From an uncultured delta proteobacterium (GTDB taxonomy: Bacteria > Desulfobacterota > Desulfobacteria > Desulfobacterales > JAFDCJ01): 64,000 nt of DNA. Of the stretch, positions 37,999 to 49,805 are shown in pieces; positions within the stretch are counted from its first letter, which is position 1, and the number at the start of each line of letters is the position of its first letter. The DNA is taken from NCBI GenBank assembly GCA_963769935.1, contig CAVYNY010000022.1, forward strand, positions 384,001-448,000. Direction: 5' to 3'. Both the position numbers and the translations under genes were made by a program. The notes beneath the pieces are model-generated. The model had not been told where the DNA came from. It did no database searches and worked only from the letters and a program-made list of their open reading frames with translations.

Positions 37999-40900
37999 AT
38001 GAAATTCACCGATCTCTTTATCCGCCGTCCCGTCATCGCCCTGGTAATTAGCTTCTTGATTATCATTGCCGGGCTGCAGGCGGTGCGCACGCTGAATGTC
38101 CGCCAGTATCCCCGCAGCGAGAACGCGGTGGTCACCGTCACGACCATTTATGTCGGCGCAAACGCTGAGCTCATCCGCGGATTCATTACCACACCCTTAG
38201 AGCGTGCCATTGCGGCCGCCGACGGCATCGATTATATCCAGTCGCAGAGTTCCCAGGGAGTATCGACCATCAGTGCCCGCCTGAAGCTTAATTACGACCC
38301 GATCAAGGCGTTGTCGGAAATCAGTTCCAAAGTAGACCAGATCCGTGGTGATCTACCCCCGGATGCCGAAGTGCCGACTATCAACGTCGAATCGGCGGAC
38401 AGCCAGTTCGCCTCCGCTTATCTTAGTTTCACCTCCGACGTTCTCCTGCAGAACCAGATTACGGATTATCTTGTCCGAAGTGTTCAGCCGCGCCTGTCGG
38501 CGATTGAAGGCGTTCAGCGGGCCGACATTTTAGGCGGCCGCACGTTTGCGATGCGCATCTGGCTCAAACCCGATCGCATGGCCGCATTCAACATCAGTCC
38601 GGCGCAGGTTCGCCGGGCGTTGGCGGCCAATAATTTCCTGGCCGCCGTCGGTCGGACAAAAGGTTCGCTCGTCCAGATCAATCTGACGGCCAATACCGAT
38701 CTGAGTTCCGTTCAGGAGTTCAAACGTCTCGTCATTCGCGAGCAGAATGGTGCCGTCGTGCGGCTGGAAGACATCGCCGACGTGGTGCTGGGTGCCGAGG
38801 ACTATGATACGGAGGTACGCTTCTCAGGCCAGACCGCCGTATTCATGGGCATTTGGCCCCTGCCCAACGCCAACTCCATTGACGTGATCAACCGCGTGCG
38901 GGTCGAAATGGAATCCATTCAGAAACAGCTGCCCAGCGGCATCCAGGGCCGTATCGCTTACGACGCTACCGACTACATTACCAATGCCATCCACGAGGTC
39001 ATCAAAACCCTTGGCGAAACGCTGCTGATTGTCGTGGTTATCATTTTTCTTTTTTTAGGCTCTCTGCGATCGGCGTTCATCCCGGTGGTGGCCATCCCCC
39101 TTTCTCTCATTGGGGCCGTCTTTCTGATGCAGGTTTTCGGCTTCACCATCAACCTGCTGACCCTGTTGGCCATCGTGCTCTCCGTCGGTTTGGTGGTCGA
39201 CGATGCCATCGTGGTGGTTGAAAATGTCCAACGGCACCTGAGCGACGGGCAGTCGCCGCTTGATGCGGCCTTGCTGGGGGCCCGCGAGCTGGTCGGTCCC
39301 ATAATTGCCATGACGATCACTCTGGCGGCCGTCTACGCCCCCATTGGTTTACAGGGTGGCCTCACCGGGTCCCTATTTCGCGAGTTTGCCTTTACTCTGG
39401 CCGGTGCGGTCATGATTTCCGGGGTCGTTGCCCTGACCCTGTCACCCATGATGTCGTCCAAGCTGCTGAAACCGGGGATCGAGGACCACGGTTTTGCCGG
39501 CAAGATAGCGCGTGATTTCAAGCGCTTCAGAGCTTTCTACGGCCGCCTGCTTGACATCACCCTCAAGAGCCGGCCGGCTGTTTACCTGGTGTGGATCACG
39601 GTGAGTCTGCTCACCATCCCGATGTTCATCATGTCGCCCAAGGAACTGGCGCCGACTGAAGATGAGGGCGTCATTTTCGGCATTATGGAGGCGTCGGCCA
39701 ATTCTACCATCGACCAGACCAGCCGCTATGCCGCGGCAGTCAACCAAGCGTATCTCAATGTGCCGGAGACCCGGTTTACTTTCCAGCTGACGCTTCCGAC
39801 ATCCGGCTTTTCCGGTATGGTCGTCAAGCCCTGGGAAACACGCAAGCGTACCATTTTCCAGATTCTACCCGAGGTGCAGCAGAGGCTGCATCACATTCCG
39901 GGCATCCGGATAAACCCGGTGCTGCCACCGGCGCTGCCGGGAGGGGGCCAGTTCCCGGTGGAGTTCATTCTCGCTTCGACGGCGGAGGAAGACCAGATTT
40001 TGCAGTTTGCCAAGCAGATTCAATACAAAGCGCAGCAGAGCGGTTTGTTTGCCTTTCCCCCGATCATCGATGTTAAAATCGACCAGCCCCAGGCAGAGAT
40101 CGTCATCGATCGCGACAGAGTGGCCGACCTGGGCCTCGACCTTCAGCGGGTCGGAGCCGACATCGGGTCGATGGTCGGCGGCAATTACGTCAACCGCTTC
40201 AATATCGCCGGCCGCAGTTACAAGGTTATACCGCAGATCAAGCGCATCGACCGTCTCAATCCGGCGCAGCTCGAAAATATCTACATCACCGGGCCGCACG
40301 ACCAACTCGTCCCGCTCAGCACGATCGCCACGATCCGAAACTCCACCGTACCGCGTTCGTTAAACCGCTTCCAGCAGCTTAATGCGGTCAAAATCAGCGG
40401 CGTGGCCCTCAGGCCGCTTGATGAAGCCCTGCGCTTTCTGGAAGGATGAGGCCGCCAAGATTCTGCCCGAGGGCTATGTCCTCGATTACACCGGTGAGTC
40501 GCGCCAACTCCGGGTCGAGGGCAACCAGTTCATTTCGACCTTCGCGCTGGCCATTATCTTAATCTTTCTGGTCCTTGCGGTTCAGTTCAACAGCTTCCGC
40601 GATCCCTTCGTCATCCTGGGCGGTTCAGTGCCGCTGGCAATGTTCGGTGCACTGGCCTTCACCTTTCTGAAAATGCCAAACCCGAATGTTGCCTTCTGGA
40701 CCCAGGGGTGGACCACCACGTTAAATATTTACTCCCAGGTAGGTCTGGTAACCCTTGTCGGCCTGGTGTCGAAAAACGGCATCCTGATAGTTGAATTTGC
40801 CAACAAACTTCAGGCCCAGGGGCGGTCCAAACGCGAAGCCGTGCATGAAGCCTCCCTGACCCGCCTGCGCCCGATTATCATGACGACTGCAGCCACCATC

Positions 40901-41149
40901 GCCGGTCACTTCCCTTTGACGCTGGTTTCCGGCGCCGGCGCTGCTGCCCGCAACTCGATCGGTCTGGTGCTGGTGGGCGGCATGGCCGTTGGAACCTTTT
41001 TCACCCTTTTTGTCATCCCCTCGATTTACATGCTCGTCGCCCGCGACCATGCCAAAGACCTCGCCCGCGAAAAAGCGTCCTCGACGGTCGCCGACGGCGC
41101 CGGCAACCGGGTTGTGAAACCGCAACGCATCGTCCCAGATTCCAATTGA
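37999..41149 (+). CDS. RND efflux permease (AcrB/MexW-like) with 1-nt frameshift at ~40444
   Basis: FIRRP, GLVVDDAIVVVEN, then KNGILIVEFA and RLRPIIMT in the next frame. Confidence 0.9.
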
Positions 41150-41296
41150 TGCTTTGACGAGAGCCTATCGACTCGATCTTAAGCCTGGCAATTAAGTTTT
41201 AGCGCGAAAAGTTAACGGTCCGGAACATGATTTTATATTGATGCTGGTTGCCTGCTTGAACTTTAGGGGGAGGGTGTGATGGGTATCTATTTGAAA

Positions 41297-42778
41297 TTAC
41301 AAGACGTTGAGTTTTTTACCACCTTCCGCGTCTTCAGATCTTTTAGGACCGGGTACTTTTTTTGCATAGCCGTTTCGGACCGGTATCAATCGAAAGACCG
41401 CATTTGTGATCTGTTCCACCTTAATCGCTGTCCGGTCCCCCAGGGCGTGCTGAAACTTCGCCAGCTTAGCCTTAAACTCAGGCAGCGGTATTCCTGGATA
41501 GCGATGCCGCTGGAACTCGGGTCGATTGTGTGACCCGGGTAACCACGAGTTGAAGCGTTTTACCAGGTGCAGTCCTTTCCTTTCCATCCATCCTGCAATT
41601 CGGCTCCTGCGGTGCCCGTTGCCCTGGCCTGGTTGCTTGGCAATCCGCTCGAGGATATCCACTATCCGTTCGCTGGCAAACGGTCCGTTGCGAGCCGCCA
41701 GGTGCCGCTCAACGAGCGTGCGACGGTTGTCGCCGCCAGCCGCACCAATTTTGCCGGCTAAAATACGCGACAACGTATCGCAAAGTTCTTTAAAATCGAA
41801 GCACTGATGGCTGACCCGATTGGGCAGCTGATAGAAGCCCTCATCATAACACTCGTTGACCGTAGTCCGGTATGATATTGCGGGCACTCCCAGAACATAG
41901 GCTTCGACGCCGGTTGTGCAGCCGTTGTGTATCACGGCACGGGTTGCCATCAACCAGGGAACGACATTGCCTTCATTGGTCACTCGGACCCGTTCGCAAC
42001 GTTCGGCGATTTGTCGATAGATTTCTTGGTTTTCGGTCGGGTGGGGCCTGACGACTACCGTTACGCCGGGAAATGCTTTTTCCAGTTTGGGGATGAGCCG
42101 TTTAAAATCCTCCAGCACGGCTTGCTTGTGATCTCGCAATCCTTCTGCATAGGACCTGCTCATTCCCTTTGCGGCACGACCAAAATCGGGTTTATGGCCG
42201 GCTTTTTTCACCGGTTTGAACAGATTCATGTCCGGTCCGAAGGCGTTGATGTGATTGAAGTTGGTATTGATGAGGACAAAATCCCCATAGCATTTGCGTA
42301 GTTCGTCGACCTCCTGCTGGTAAAAGTTCATGATTTCGGGGCGCAGTAGATCTCCGCGGGGATTGCCGGTTATGTGAATGGGAGTGCTTTTGGACAAAGC
42401 CGGGTATCGTCGCCAGAGTTCCGCATTGTCCTCACCCCAAGCGAAGAGATGGGAGACATGTTGGATGGCTTTAGGATGCAACCGACGGGAATAGTAGGTC
42501 TCAGGCGGCAGGTGAACCAAAGCTTCTTCATCCCAAGCGACGATTTTATGCCCGAGCCGGCTGGCGACTTCGAAGAATAGAAGGCTGCGCACCGTCATGC
42601 TCTTGGACAAATAAACGGAGTTTGGATACGAATCTATTGACAGTTCCATCTCCCGTCGAGACCCGATTACCGAGGTAAACCCCCGGCGAGCGGCAAAACA
42701 GGCCAGCAGCAGTTTGGGATCAAGCTCCCTTACCTGATTTTCGACGGGAATCAGCAGTGAATTGATGGTATCATTCAT
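41297..42778 (-). CDS. Surface carbohydrate biosynthesis protein (GT-B-like)
   Basis: PVENQVRELD, DEEAL, TGNPRGDLL, VRPHPTE, CTTGVEA. Confidence 0.7.
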   Translation of the reverse strand: MNDTINSLLIPVENQVRELDPKLLLACFAARRGFTSVIGSRREMELSIDSYPNSVYLSKSMTVRSLLFFEVASRLGHKIVAWDEEALVHLPPETYYSRRLHPKAIQHVSHLFAWGEDNAELWRRYPALSKSTPIHITGNPRGDLLRPEIMNFYQQEVDELRKCYGDFVLINTNFNHINAFGPDMNLFKPVKKAGHKPDFGRAAKGMSRSYAEGLRDHKQAVLEDFKRLIPKLEKAFPGVTVVVRPHPTENQEIYRQIAERCERVRVTNEGNVVPWLMATRAVIHNGCTTGVEAYVLGVPAISYRTTVNECYDEGFYQLPNRVSHQCFDFKELCDTLSRILAGKIGAAGGDNRRTLVERHLAARNGPFASERIVDILERIAKQPGQGNGHRRSRIAGWMERKGLHLVKRFNSWLPGSHNRPEFQRHRYPGIPLPEFKAKLAKFQHALGDRTAIKVEQITNAVFRLIPVRNGYAKKVPGPKRSEDAEGGKKLNVL

Positions 42779-42921
42779 AGTTTTGACAGCTGAACAAATG
42801 ACTATAATAACATGTATCGGATTCAGCTGCAACCCATTAAAAAATCGGACGAAAACGATCAGGCGTCAAATATCCAAAAAAGGTTGGATTGTCAAAGGTT
42901 AAATTTGTCCGGAAATCCAAA

Positions 42922-43311
42922 TTAGGTCCCAGCTTCTTTCTTTATCTTTTCCAAAAGCGCTTTTACTTTGGCGACAAGTTTAGCATTCGAGAAAGGTTTT
43001 GTGATGTAGTCGTCCGCACCGAGTGCCAAACCTTTGGCGATTTCCTCCTTACGTCCCCTGGCAGTCAAAAAAATTATTTTAATGTCTCGATAATTGGGAT
43101 TCAAACGGACAATTTCACAAATTTGCCACCCGTCAATTCCCGGAAGCATGATATCCAGCAGCACGAGATCCGGTTTGTACTGGTAAATCAGATCCAGGGC
43201 ATCTTCTCCTCTTTGGGCTGTCATAACGCTGTAGCCTTGCTGCTCCATCAGAAACTGGATGGGTATCAGAATATCCAGCTCATCATCGACTATGAGAATG
43301 TCTTTCGGCAT
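42922..43311 (-). CDS. Single-domain response regulator
   Basis: VDDE, LDIMLP, LTA, KPF. Confidence 0.93.
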   Translation of the reverse strand: MPKDILIVDDELDILIPIQFLMEQQGYSVMTAQRGEDALDLIYQYKPDLVLLDIMLPGIDGWQICEIVRLNPNYRDIKIIFLTARGRKEEIAKGLALGADDYITKPFSNAKLVAKVKALLEKIKKEAGT

Positions 43312-43728
43312 TTAAAGGTACCTTCAGTCTACATGAATTTTCAATACGATCCGTTCCCCCAAATCCCCCAAAAAAAAACAAGCCACCCTTCAAAGGCGAC
43401 TTGGCCATTGTCAAGGACGGATCGCACTGAACCATCCTGAATTAAAAGGTCTTGCATTGTGTTGAACCTTCCGCAAAAATCCGAAGGCCTACGATATAAG
43501 AAATATTACGGGAGGTCAACTTTAAATCGATGTTCCTCAGCCGGCAAAGGCATGAACATCATAATACCATCTACCATTGTCATTGTCTCAGCTTTAATGA
43601 GACAAAAACCGATTTATTCCATGGGTTCTCTGGCGGCAAACACCATCCCTCTCTCCGAGCTATAGGCTCTACGAGCCGGAAGCTGGAGTGAAGTCAACGC
43701 CTGACCGTTTGAGTCAGGATTCTTTACT

Positions 43729-44766
43729 TTACTTACGCTTTGCAGGTCGGCCTTCTTCCCTGAATCGTTTAAGCTTGCGCCACAACGCCGCCCGGCTGAT
43801 ACCCAGCAGCTCGACCGTTCTGGATTTGTTGCCGCCGGTTGCCGCCAACACCTCTAGAATGTATTGCTTTTCCATTTCGGCCAGGGTCATGAATTTTTTA
43901 GCGGCCGGCAAAGGAGCGGCAGCGGTCTTTTGAAAGCGGGGGGGAAGATTTTTGGGTTCAATGGTTTTACCGTCGGCCAGGATGACGGCGCGTTCGATAA
44001 TATGCTCAAGTTCGCGGACATTGCCGGGGAAGTCATAGGACATAAAGATGGAGATAACCTCCTCCGAGATGGATTCCACCGCTTTTTTAAACTCCTCGGC
44101 AAATCTAGCGAGAAAATAGCCGCATAAAGGGGGGATGTCATCCCGGCGCTCCCTCAGCGGAGGCATGTACAGCTCAAGGACATTCAAACGATAGTAGAGC
44201 TCCTGTCTAAATTTTCCCTCCTTGGCCAGTTGGCCGAGATGGTAACGACTGGCGGCAAAGATGCGCACATCAAACGGAAAATTATCGCCGCCGTCCAGCA
44301 GGGATACTTCTTTGCTGTCAATTATCTTCAACATGGACAACTGCATCTTCGGTGACATATCCTCGATCTGGTCCAGCAGGAGGGTGCCTCCCGATTCAGG
44401 CTGGTCAGCGGACCCGCGCATTTGGCTAATGCCGGGAAAAACCGCATTTTCGGGTCGGACGAGCTCTTCGATGAGCAGATCATTGCGGAAACAGCCGCAG
44501 TTGATCGCTACAAACCGGCCTTTTTTGCGGGGGCTTAAACCGTGAATGATTCGGGCGGCCAATTCCTTGCCGGTGCCCGTTTCACCGCGAATGATAACGG
44601 GACAATCCAGGACGGCCAGGCGCTCGATATTTTTTCGCAGCTCCCGCATCGCCTGGGTTTCGCCGATCATGCGGTACCGCTCGGCGGATAGGATGTGGTC
44701 CTTTTGGATGGCGGCGGCTGAGAGTGCCGGAGTCTCTGCCGTGGGGGATGTTTTTGCCATTTTCAA
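43729..44766 (-). CDS. Degenerate sigma54-interaction (AAA+) protein with Fis HTH
   Basis: GETGTGKE, LYYRLNV, PGNVREL, GISRAALWRK; GAFTGA absent, Walker B DQ. Confidence 0.9.
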   Translation of the reverse strand: MKMAKTSPTAETPALSAAAIQKDHILSAERYRMIGETQAMRELRKNIERLAVLDCPVIIRGETGTGKELAARIIHGLSPRKKGRFVAINCGCFRNDLLIEELVRPENAVFPGISQMRGSADQPESGGTLLLDQIEDMSPKMQLSMLKIIDSKEVSLLDGGDNFPFDVRIFAASRYHLGQLAKEGKFRQELYYRLNVLELYMPPLRERRDDIPPLCGYFLARFAEEFKKAVESISEEVISIFMSYDFPGNVRELEHIIERAVILADGKTIEPKNLPPRFQKTAAAPLPAAKKFMTLAEMEKQYILEVLAATGGNKSRTVELLGISRAALWRKLKRFREEGRPAKRK

Positions 44767-44768
44767 AA

Positions 44769-45575
44769 TTATTTCTTTTCGCCGTGATGCGATTCGATAT
44801 CTACGGCATCTGCCAGGTCGCCGCCGGTGGCCATGCCAGCCGCCGCCATCGATGTTTCGAGGCTTTGCAGCACTTTTCTTACAAATCCCCAGAATTTGCC
44901 CATATCGTCTTTTTCGAAATAAGACGAATTGAGAGCTTCGGTGGCCTCCCTGAGCTTGTCATCGCCGTGGGCGGTTAAGAGCAGCGTTTTAATGTCGGCA
45001 TCAATTTCTTTAAGCTTGGTGATCACCACCAGGCCGTCCATATCGGGCATTCTCTGATCGACCACCGCCAGATGAATTTTGGTCGTTTTGGTGATTGCAA
45101 TCGCCTCATTGCCGTTTAATGCCGTATAGGGTTCATAGCCTTTGAGTCGTATCCGCTCAGCCAGCGTATTAAGAAATTTCGGGTTGTCGTCCACCAGAAG
45201 AATATTGATGTTGCCCAACGGCAAATTCGACAAAAACGTCCAGAATCTTCCCATATCCTGTTTGTCAAAATAGGTTGAATTGAGGGCCTCGCTGGCTTCT
45301 TTGAGTTTTTCGTCTCCATGGCCCGTCAGCAGGATCGTTTGAATATCGGGCGTCAGGCTTTTTAGTTTCGTGATAACAACCAAACCCTCCATATCGGGCA
45401 TTTTTTGATCGACCACGGCCACATGGATATGCTGCTTTCCGGCAATATCCAGCGCCTGTTGGCCGTTGGCAGCCGTGAAAACGTTAAAGCCTTTCAGGCG
45501 GGTCCTTTCTGCCACGGCTTTCAGAAATTTTTCGTTGTCATCTACCAACAGAATATTTATTTTCTTTGCTTTCAT
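44769..45575 (-). CDS. Tandem-receiver response regulator
   Basis: Two highly similar INILLVDD...VVDQ.MPDM.GLVVITKLK repeats. Confidence 0.92.
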   Translation of the reverse strand: MKAKKINILLVDDNEKFLKAVAERTRLKGFNVFTAANGQQALDIAGKQHIHVAVVDQKMPDMEGLVVITKLKSLTPDIQTILLTGHGDEKLKEASEALNSTYFDKQDMGRFWTFLSNLPLGNINILLVDDNPKFLNTLAERIRLKGYEPYTALNGNEAIAITKTTKIHLAVVDQRMPDMDGLVVITKLKEIDADIKTLLLTAHGDDKLREATEALNSSYFEKDDMGKFWGFVRKVLQSLETSMAAAGMATGGDLADAVDIESHHGEKK

Positions 45576-45692
45576 AGGTCACCTTTCTTGCATTTCGGGT
45601 TCTGCGATGCGGGTAATGACTTCTGCCGCAACGTGGAATGATTCGGTGAACGGTCCGGTTGCTGATTGCATGCCGAACGGCGCCGGGGATGC

Positions 45693-46136
45693 TTAATGTC
45701 CCCCGCTGCCCAAAATTCCGGAAGCCGCCACGGATAATACAATGATTTCCAGGATGGCAATGACCAAAAATATCCAGTTTTTTTGGCGGACATATCCCCT
45801 GACTAACACCATGTAGCAAAAAATCGTCATCAGGGCGAGCAAGACAAAACCGATGTAGTTTAGAAAATCCCCTTTTACCAGCAGGGGGACCCAGCCCCAA
45901 CCATGGGGCGAATGGGTAATTTCCAGATATTCGCCGACGCCCTTGCCCCACAGCTTGGGGATAAGAGCCAGTTCAACATGCGACGGCAGTATTCCGGTAA
46001 GGTAAATTGCGTACGTCGTCACCAGAATAAAAATACCCGCCCATACGCCGATAATCAAAAGGTTGGCATAGATAATCTGCTCGCGCGACGGTTTAAGGGC
46101 TTCTTTATTTTGGGTGTCCATAATATTTAACTCCAT
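45693..46136 (-). CDS. DUF1634-like membrane protein
   Basis: EQIIYANLL, GWGW...GDFLN; downstream of the TauE-family gene. Confidence 0.75.
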   Translation of the reverse strand: MELNIMDTQNKEALKPSREQIIYANLLIIGVWAGIFILVTTYAIYLTGILPSHVELALIPKLWGKGVGEYLEITHSPHGWGWVPLLVKGDFLNYIGFVLLALMTIFCYMVLVRGYVRQKNWIFLVIAILEIIVLSVAASGILGSGGH

Positions 46137-46154
46137 ATAGTTATCGTCATATTT

Positions 46155-47132
46155 TCAGCCTAAAAAACCAAGACCCAATCCTTTATCGATGGCTTTTAGT
46201 CCGGCAAAAAACAGCACGGCGATCACCATGTACCGGATCATTTTTGGCTTGGCAACGGCGAGAATCTTGACCCCGATCAGGGAGCCCAGCATCAAACCCA
46301 CGATCGATGGAACACCGATCAACGGTATGACACAACCCCTGTTCATATATATCCAGGCGGCCGACGTATCGGTGATGGACAGTAAAAATTTACTTGTGGC
46401 CACCGACACTTTCAGGGGTACCCCCATTAAAAGGTTGAGCACCGGCACGTTCGCCCATCCCGCTCCGAGCCCGAACATGCCGGCCAGCAGGCCGACGATG
46501 ATAAACATGCTCAGGCCCAGCAAGGTCCGATGGGTTTTCCAATCGACGCTTTCCCGCGCGCCATCGTCCCAGTATGCTCCCTGCAGCCCCAGGGCCAGCC
46601 CGATGGCATCCTGTTTTTTTATGACCGGTTTTTCAGTGTTCTTTGAAACAACCAGCAGGATGGCGATGCCCACAATGGTTGCTCCCAGGCAGACCTGGAT
46701 GATGTCGGGATTCAATGACGACAGGTACAGCCCCAGCATCGCCCCCGCAATGGAACAGGTGGATGCGATCAGAGCCACCGGCAGGGCCAGTCGCAGGTTG
46801 GCCAGGTTGCGCCGCAGCAGCCCTGGACCTGCAGCCAGGGCGCCGGCCAGTGCGACCATGAGTCCGACGCCTCTGACAAAATCAATGTGGAACGGGAAAA
46901 AACCGCTCACCAGCGGTACGTAGAGTACGCCGCCCCCGACGCCTGCCATTACGGCCAGAATGCCGAGGACCAGACAGAAAAAAAACAGGATGATCGGCCA
47001 GAACCACCAGGGCTTGCCGGCGGCAAACCCTGCCGCCTGTTCCGCAGCCAAGGCCACGGAAGGGCAGCTCGAGACGAAAACCATCAGCGATCCAAACAAC
47101 CACCTTGCAGAACGCGCTCGAATGTTTAGCAT
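46155..47132 (-). CDS. TauE/SafE (DUF81) family permease
   Basis: GVGGGVLYVP and GLGAGWANVP repeats. Confidence 0.9.
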   Translation of the reverse strand: MLNIRARSARWLFGSLMVFVSSCPSVALAAEQAAGFAAGKPWWFWPIILFFFCLVLGILAVMAGVGGGVLYVPLVSGFFPFHIDFVRGVGLMVALAGALAAGPGLLRRNLANLRLALPVALIASTCSIAGAMLGLYLSSLNPDIIQVCLGATIVGIAILLVVSKNTEKPVIKKQDAIGLALGLQGAYWDDGARESVDWKTHRTLLGLSMFIIVGLLAGMFGLGAGWANVPVLNLLMGVPLKVSVATSKFLLSITDTSAAWIYMNRGCVIPLIGVPSIVGLMLGSLIGVKILAVAKPKMIRYMVIAVLFFAGLKAIDKGLGLGFLG

Positions 47133-47235
47133 TGAATCAACCTTTCAAAATAAATGTTTACAATTGAAACATACTTATATATATTGGGCCCTATAAAACA
47201 TTAAAATTCAACAGTCAATAAAAATATGTAGCAAT

Positions 47236-47607
47236 ATGAAACAATATCATTTATTAATTGTCGATGACGAAAAACGGTTTGCCGATATGCTGGCCAAACG
47301 GCTGATGCTAAGGGGCTGCCAGTGCGATGTTTGCTACAGGGGGCAGGAAGCGCTGGACCTTATCGAACGGAACAATTTCTCACTCGTTTTATTGGATCTT
47401 CACCTGCCGGATATATATGGCACCGAGGTTCTGACCCGCATCAAAAACGTCGATACACAGACCCCCGTTATTATTTTAACCGGACATGGGACGGAAAAAG
47501 ATCGCCAGGAATGCATGCAGCAGGGCGCCTACGCTTTTATGCACAAGCCCCTGGGGATTGACGAGTTGATGGCCATTTTGGCCAGGATCGCGGAGATAGC
47601 GGCATGA
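47236..47607 (+). CDS. Single-domain response regulator
   Basis: VDDE, LDLHLP, LTGHG, KP. Confidence 0.92.
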   Translation: MKQYHLLIVDDEKRFADMLAKRLMLRGCQCDVCYRGQEALDLIERNNFSLVLLDLHLPDIYGTEVLTRIKNVDTQTPVIILTGHGTEKDRQECMQQGAYAFMHKPLGIDELMAILARIAEIAA

Positions 47608-49382
47608 ACGAGCGGTTCCGTAGAGCGTTAAAAGCAATACGGCCTGAATTTTATCGCCGGAAAAACAAGCACCTGAATCCTTATTTCACATTTTCAGATT
47701 ATCGTAAAATCTGGGCGATCGGTATTTCCACCTTGGCGACAGCGGCCCTGGTGCCCTTGCTGGTAGTGACCATTATCCATTACCGTCTCATAGAGAAGTC
47801 CGTTGATTCGGAGCTGATTCTTCGTACCGAACGACTGGCTTCCAACGCCCGACGGGCAGTCACTTTTTTTATGGAAGAGCGGCTGAATGCCTTGAGATTC
47901 ACCGTGAATGAAATTCGGTATGAGCAACTGACGGATTCCGCTCATCTCGGCGAGGTTTTAAGAAATCTCAAGCTGGGATTCGGCGGATTAACGGACCTCA
48001 GCGTGATCGACTATTCAGGTATCCAGGTTGCTTATGCCGGACCCTTTGAACTGGAAGGCAAAAACTACAGCAATCAAGTCTGGTTCATTGAATGCCTGAA
48101 AGGCAATTTTTATGTCAGCGAGATATTTCGCGGGTACCGGGATGTTCCCCATATCATTATTGCCGTCAAATCTTTCCGTCCCGACGGCAAGAATTTTATC
48201 CTAAGGGCAACCCTGGACACGGAACGGCTGATACAAACCTTGTCTTCATATGAAACCGGCGCGTATGCGGAAATTTTTCTCGTCAACCGCTCCGGCATCA
48301 TCCAGACGCCTTCAAAATACTATGGCGGCACGTTTGAAAAAATGTCGCTGCCAATGCCGCAATATTCCCCGAGAACTCAAGCCGTCATGACGCGCGATGA
48401 TCAAAAGCGATCCATCATTATGGGGTATGCATTTATTACAACCCAGATTGTCGATACCCCTTTTATTCTCATGGTGACCAAACAAAAGGCGGAGATGATG
48501 GCCATCTGGTTAAAGTTGCGCACGAACATCCAGTGGTTTGTCGGTTTCGGTATCTTGGTCATTCTGATTGTGGTCGTCATTACCTGTACCTTCATGGTCA
48601 ATAAGCTTTATCTGGCGGACAAGTCCAAGGCTGAAACCATGGCCTTGATGGAACAGAACAATCAACTTGTCTCAATCGGTCGACTGGCTGCCGGCGTCGC
48701 CCATGAGATCAACAATCCCCTGGCCTTGATTAACGAAACGGCGGGGTATGTAAAAGATCTGTTTGTTATCAAAGAGCAATACCGCCAAGATCCGGAATTG
48801 ATGGAGAACATTGATTATATTCTGGAAGCGGTCGAACGCTGCGCCACGATCACGAGACAACTTCTCGGGTTTGCGCGCAAATTCACCGTCAAAATTAAAA
48901 AGATCGACTTGAAAGATGTTATTTCAGACGTGCTCGTTTTTCATAATAAAGAGGCGGAGTATCGCAATATAACGGTCTCCGTGAACGTGCCGGAGAATAT
49001 GCCCTCAATTGAAACCGACCGGGGCAAGCTGCAGCAGATCCTGGTGAATCTGATCAACAATGCCTTTCAGGCTGTGGACAGCGGCTGTATCCTCGAAATA
49101 AATGCAGCACCCGCAGGTCCCGACAAGGTCAGCATTGCCATACGCGATAACGGATGCGGCATGTCGGAGGAGAATCTGCCGAAAATATTTGAACCGTTTT
49201 TTACCACAAAAGAAGGGGACAAGGGAACCGGGCTGGGCCTTGCCATCACATACGGTCTGGTCAAAAAGCTTCACGGAGACATATCGGTGAAAAGCAAAGA
49301 AAATGAGGGCACGACATTTACCATTACTTTGCCTACCCGGATTCAGGAGGTGATGGGTGAAAATGAAGGTTCTGCTGGTTGA
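47604..49382 (+). CDS. Membrane sensor histidine kinase (Cache-like sensor)
   Basis: AHEINNPL, NLINNA, DNGCG, FFTTK, GTGLGL. Confidence 0.95.
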   Translation: MNERFRRALKAIRPEFYRRKNKHLNPYFTFSDYRKIWAIGISTLATAALVPLLVVTIIHYRLIEKSVDSELILRTERLASNARRAVTFFMEERLNALRFTVNEIRYEQLTDSAHLGEVLRNLKLGFGGLTDLSVIDYSGIQVAYAGPFELEGKNYSNQVWFIECLKGNFYVSEIFRGYRDVPHIIIAVKSFRPDGKNFILRATLDTERLIQTLSSYETGAYAEIFLVNRSGIIQTPSKYYGGTFEKMSLPMPQYSPRTQAVMTRDDQKRSIIMGYAFITTQIVDTPFILMVTKQKAEMMAIWLKLRTNIQWFVGFGILVILIVVVITCTFMVNKLYLADKSKAETMALMEQNNQLVSIGRLAAGVAHEINNPLALINETAGYVKDLFVIKEQYRQDPELMENIDYILEAVERCATITRQLLGFARKFTVKIKKIDLKDVISDVLVFHNKEAEYRNITVSVNVPENMPSIETDRGKLQQILVNLINNAFQAVDSGCILEINAAPAGPDKVSIAIRDNGCGMSEENLPKIFEPFFTTKEGDKGTGLGLAITYGLVKKLHGDISVKSKENEGTTFTITLPTRIQEVMGENEGSAG

Positions 49383-49737
49383 TGATGAGAAAAAATTTGC
49401 CATGATGCTGGCCAAAAGACTGGCATTGCGGGAAATTGACGTCGACTATGTCTTTTCAGGCGCAGAGGCCCTGCTGAAAGTTGAAAATGCCGTTTATGAT
49501 GTGGCCGTCCTGGATGTTAAAATGCCGGGGCTTGGCGGGATCGAATTGGAGCGAAAATTGAAAATGCTGGCCCCCGGGATGAAAATTATCTTTCTGACCG
49601 GCCATGGGTCTAAAACCGACTTTGAAACCGGATCGGCAGAAGCCGCATATTATCTCGCGAAACCGATTCAAATTGAGGAACTGATAAAGATCCTGCATGA
49701 AGTAACCGGCCAAAGATTCCGGTCGACCAACCTTTGA
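49357..49737 (+). CDS. Single-domain response regulator
   Basis: VDDE, LDVKMP, LTGHG, KP. Confidence 0.92.
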   Translation: MKMKVLLVDDEKKFAMMLAKRLALREIDVDYVFSGAEALLKVENAVYDVAVLDVKMPGLGGIELERKLKMLAPGMKIIFLTGHGSKTDFETGSAEAAYYLAKPIQIEELIKILHEVTGQRFRSTNL

Positions 49738-49805
49738 TTTTTAATATGGCGGAATAGGTGAGCTTCTGACGCACCATCGGCAGGATACAAAAAACGGGAG
49801 GCATC

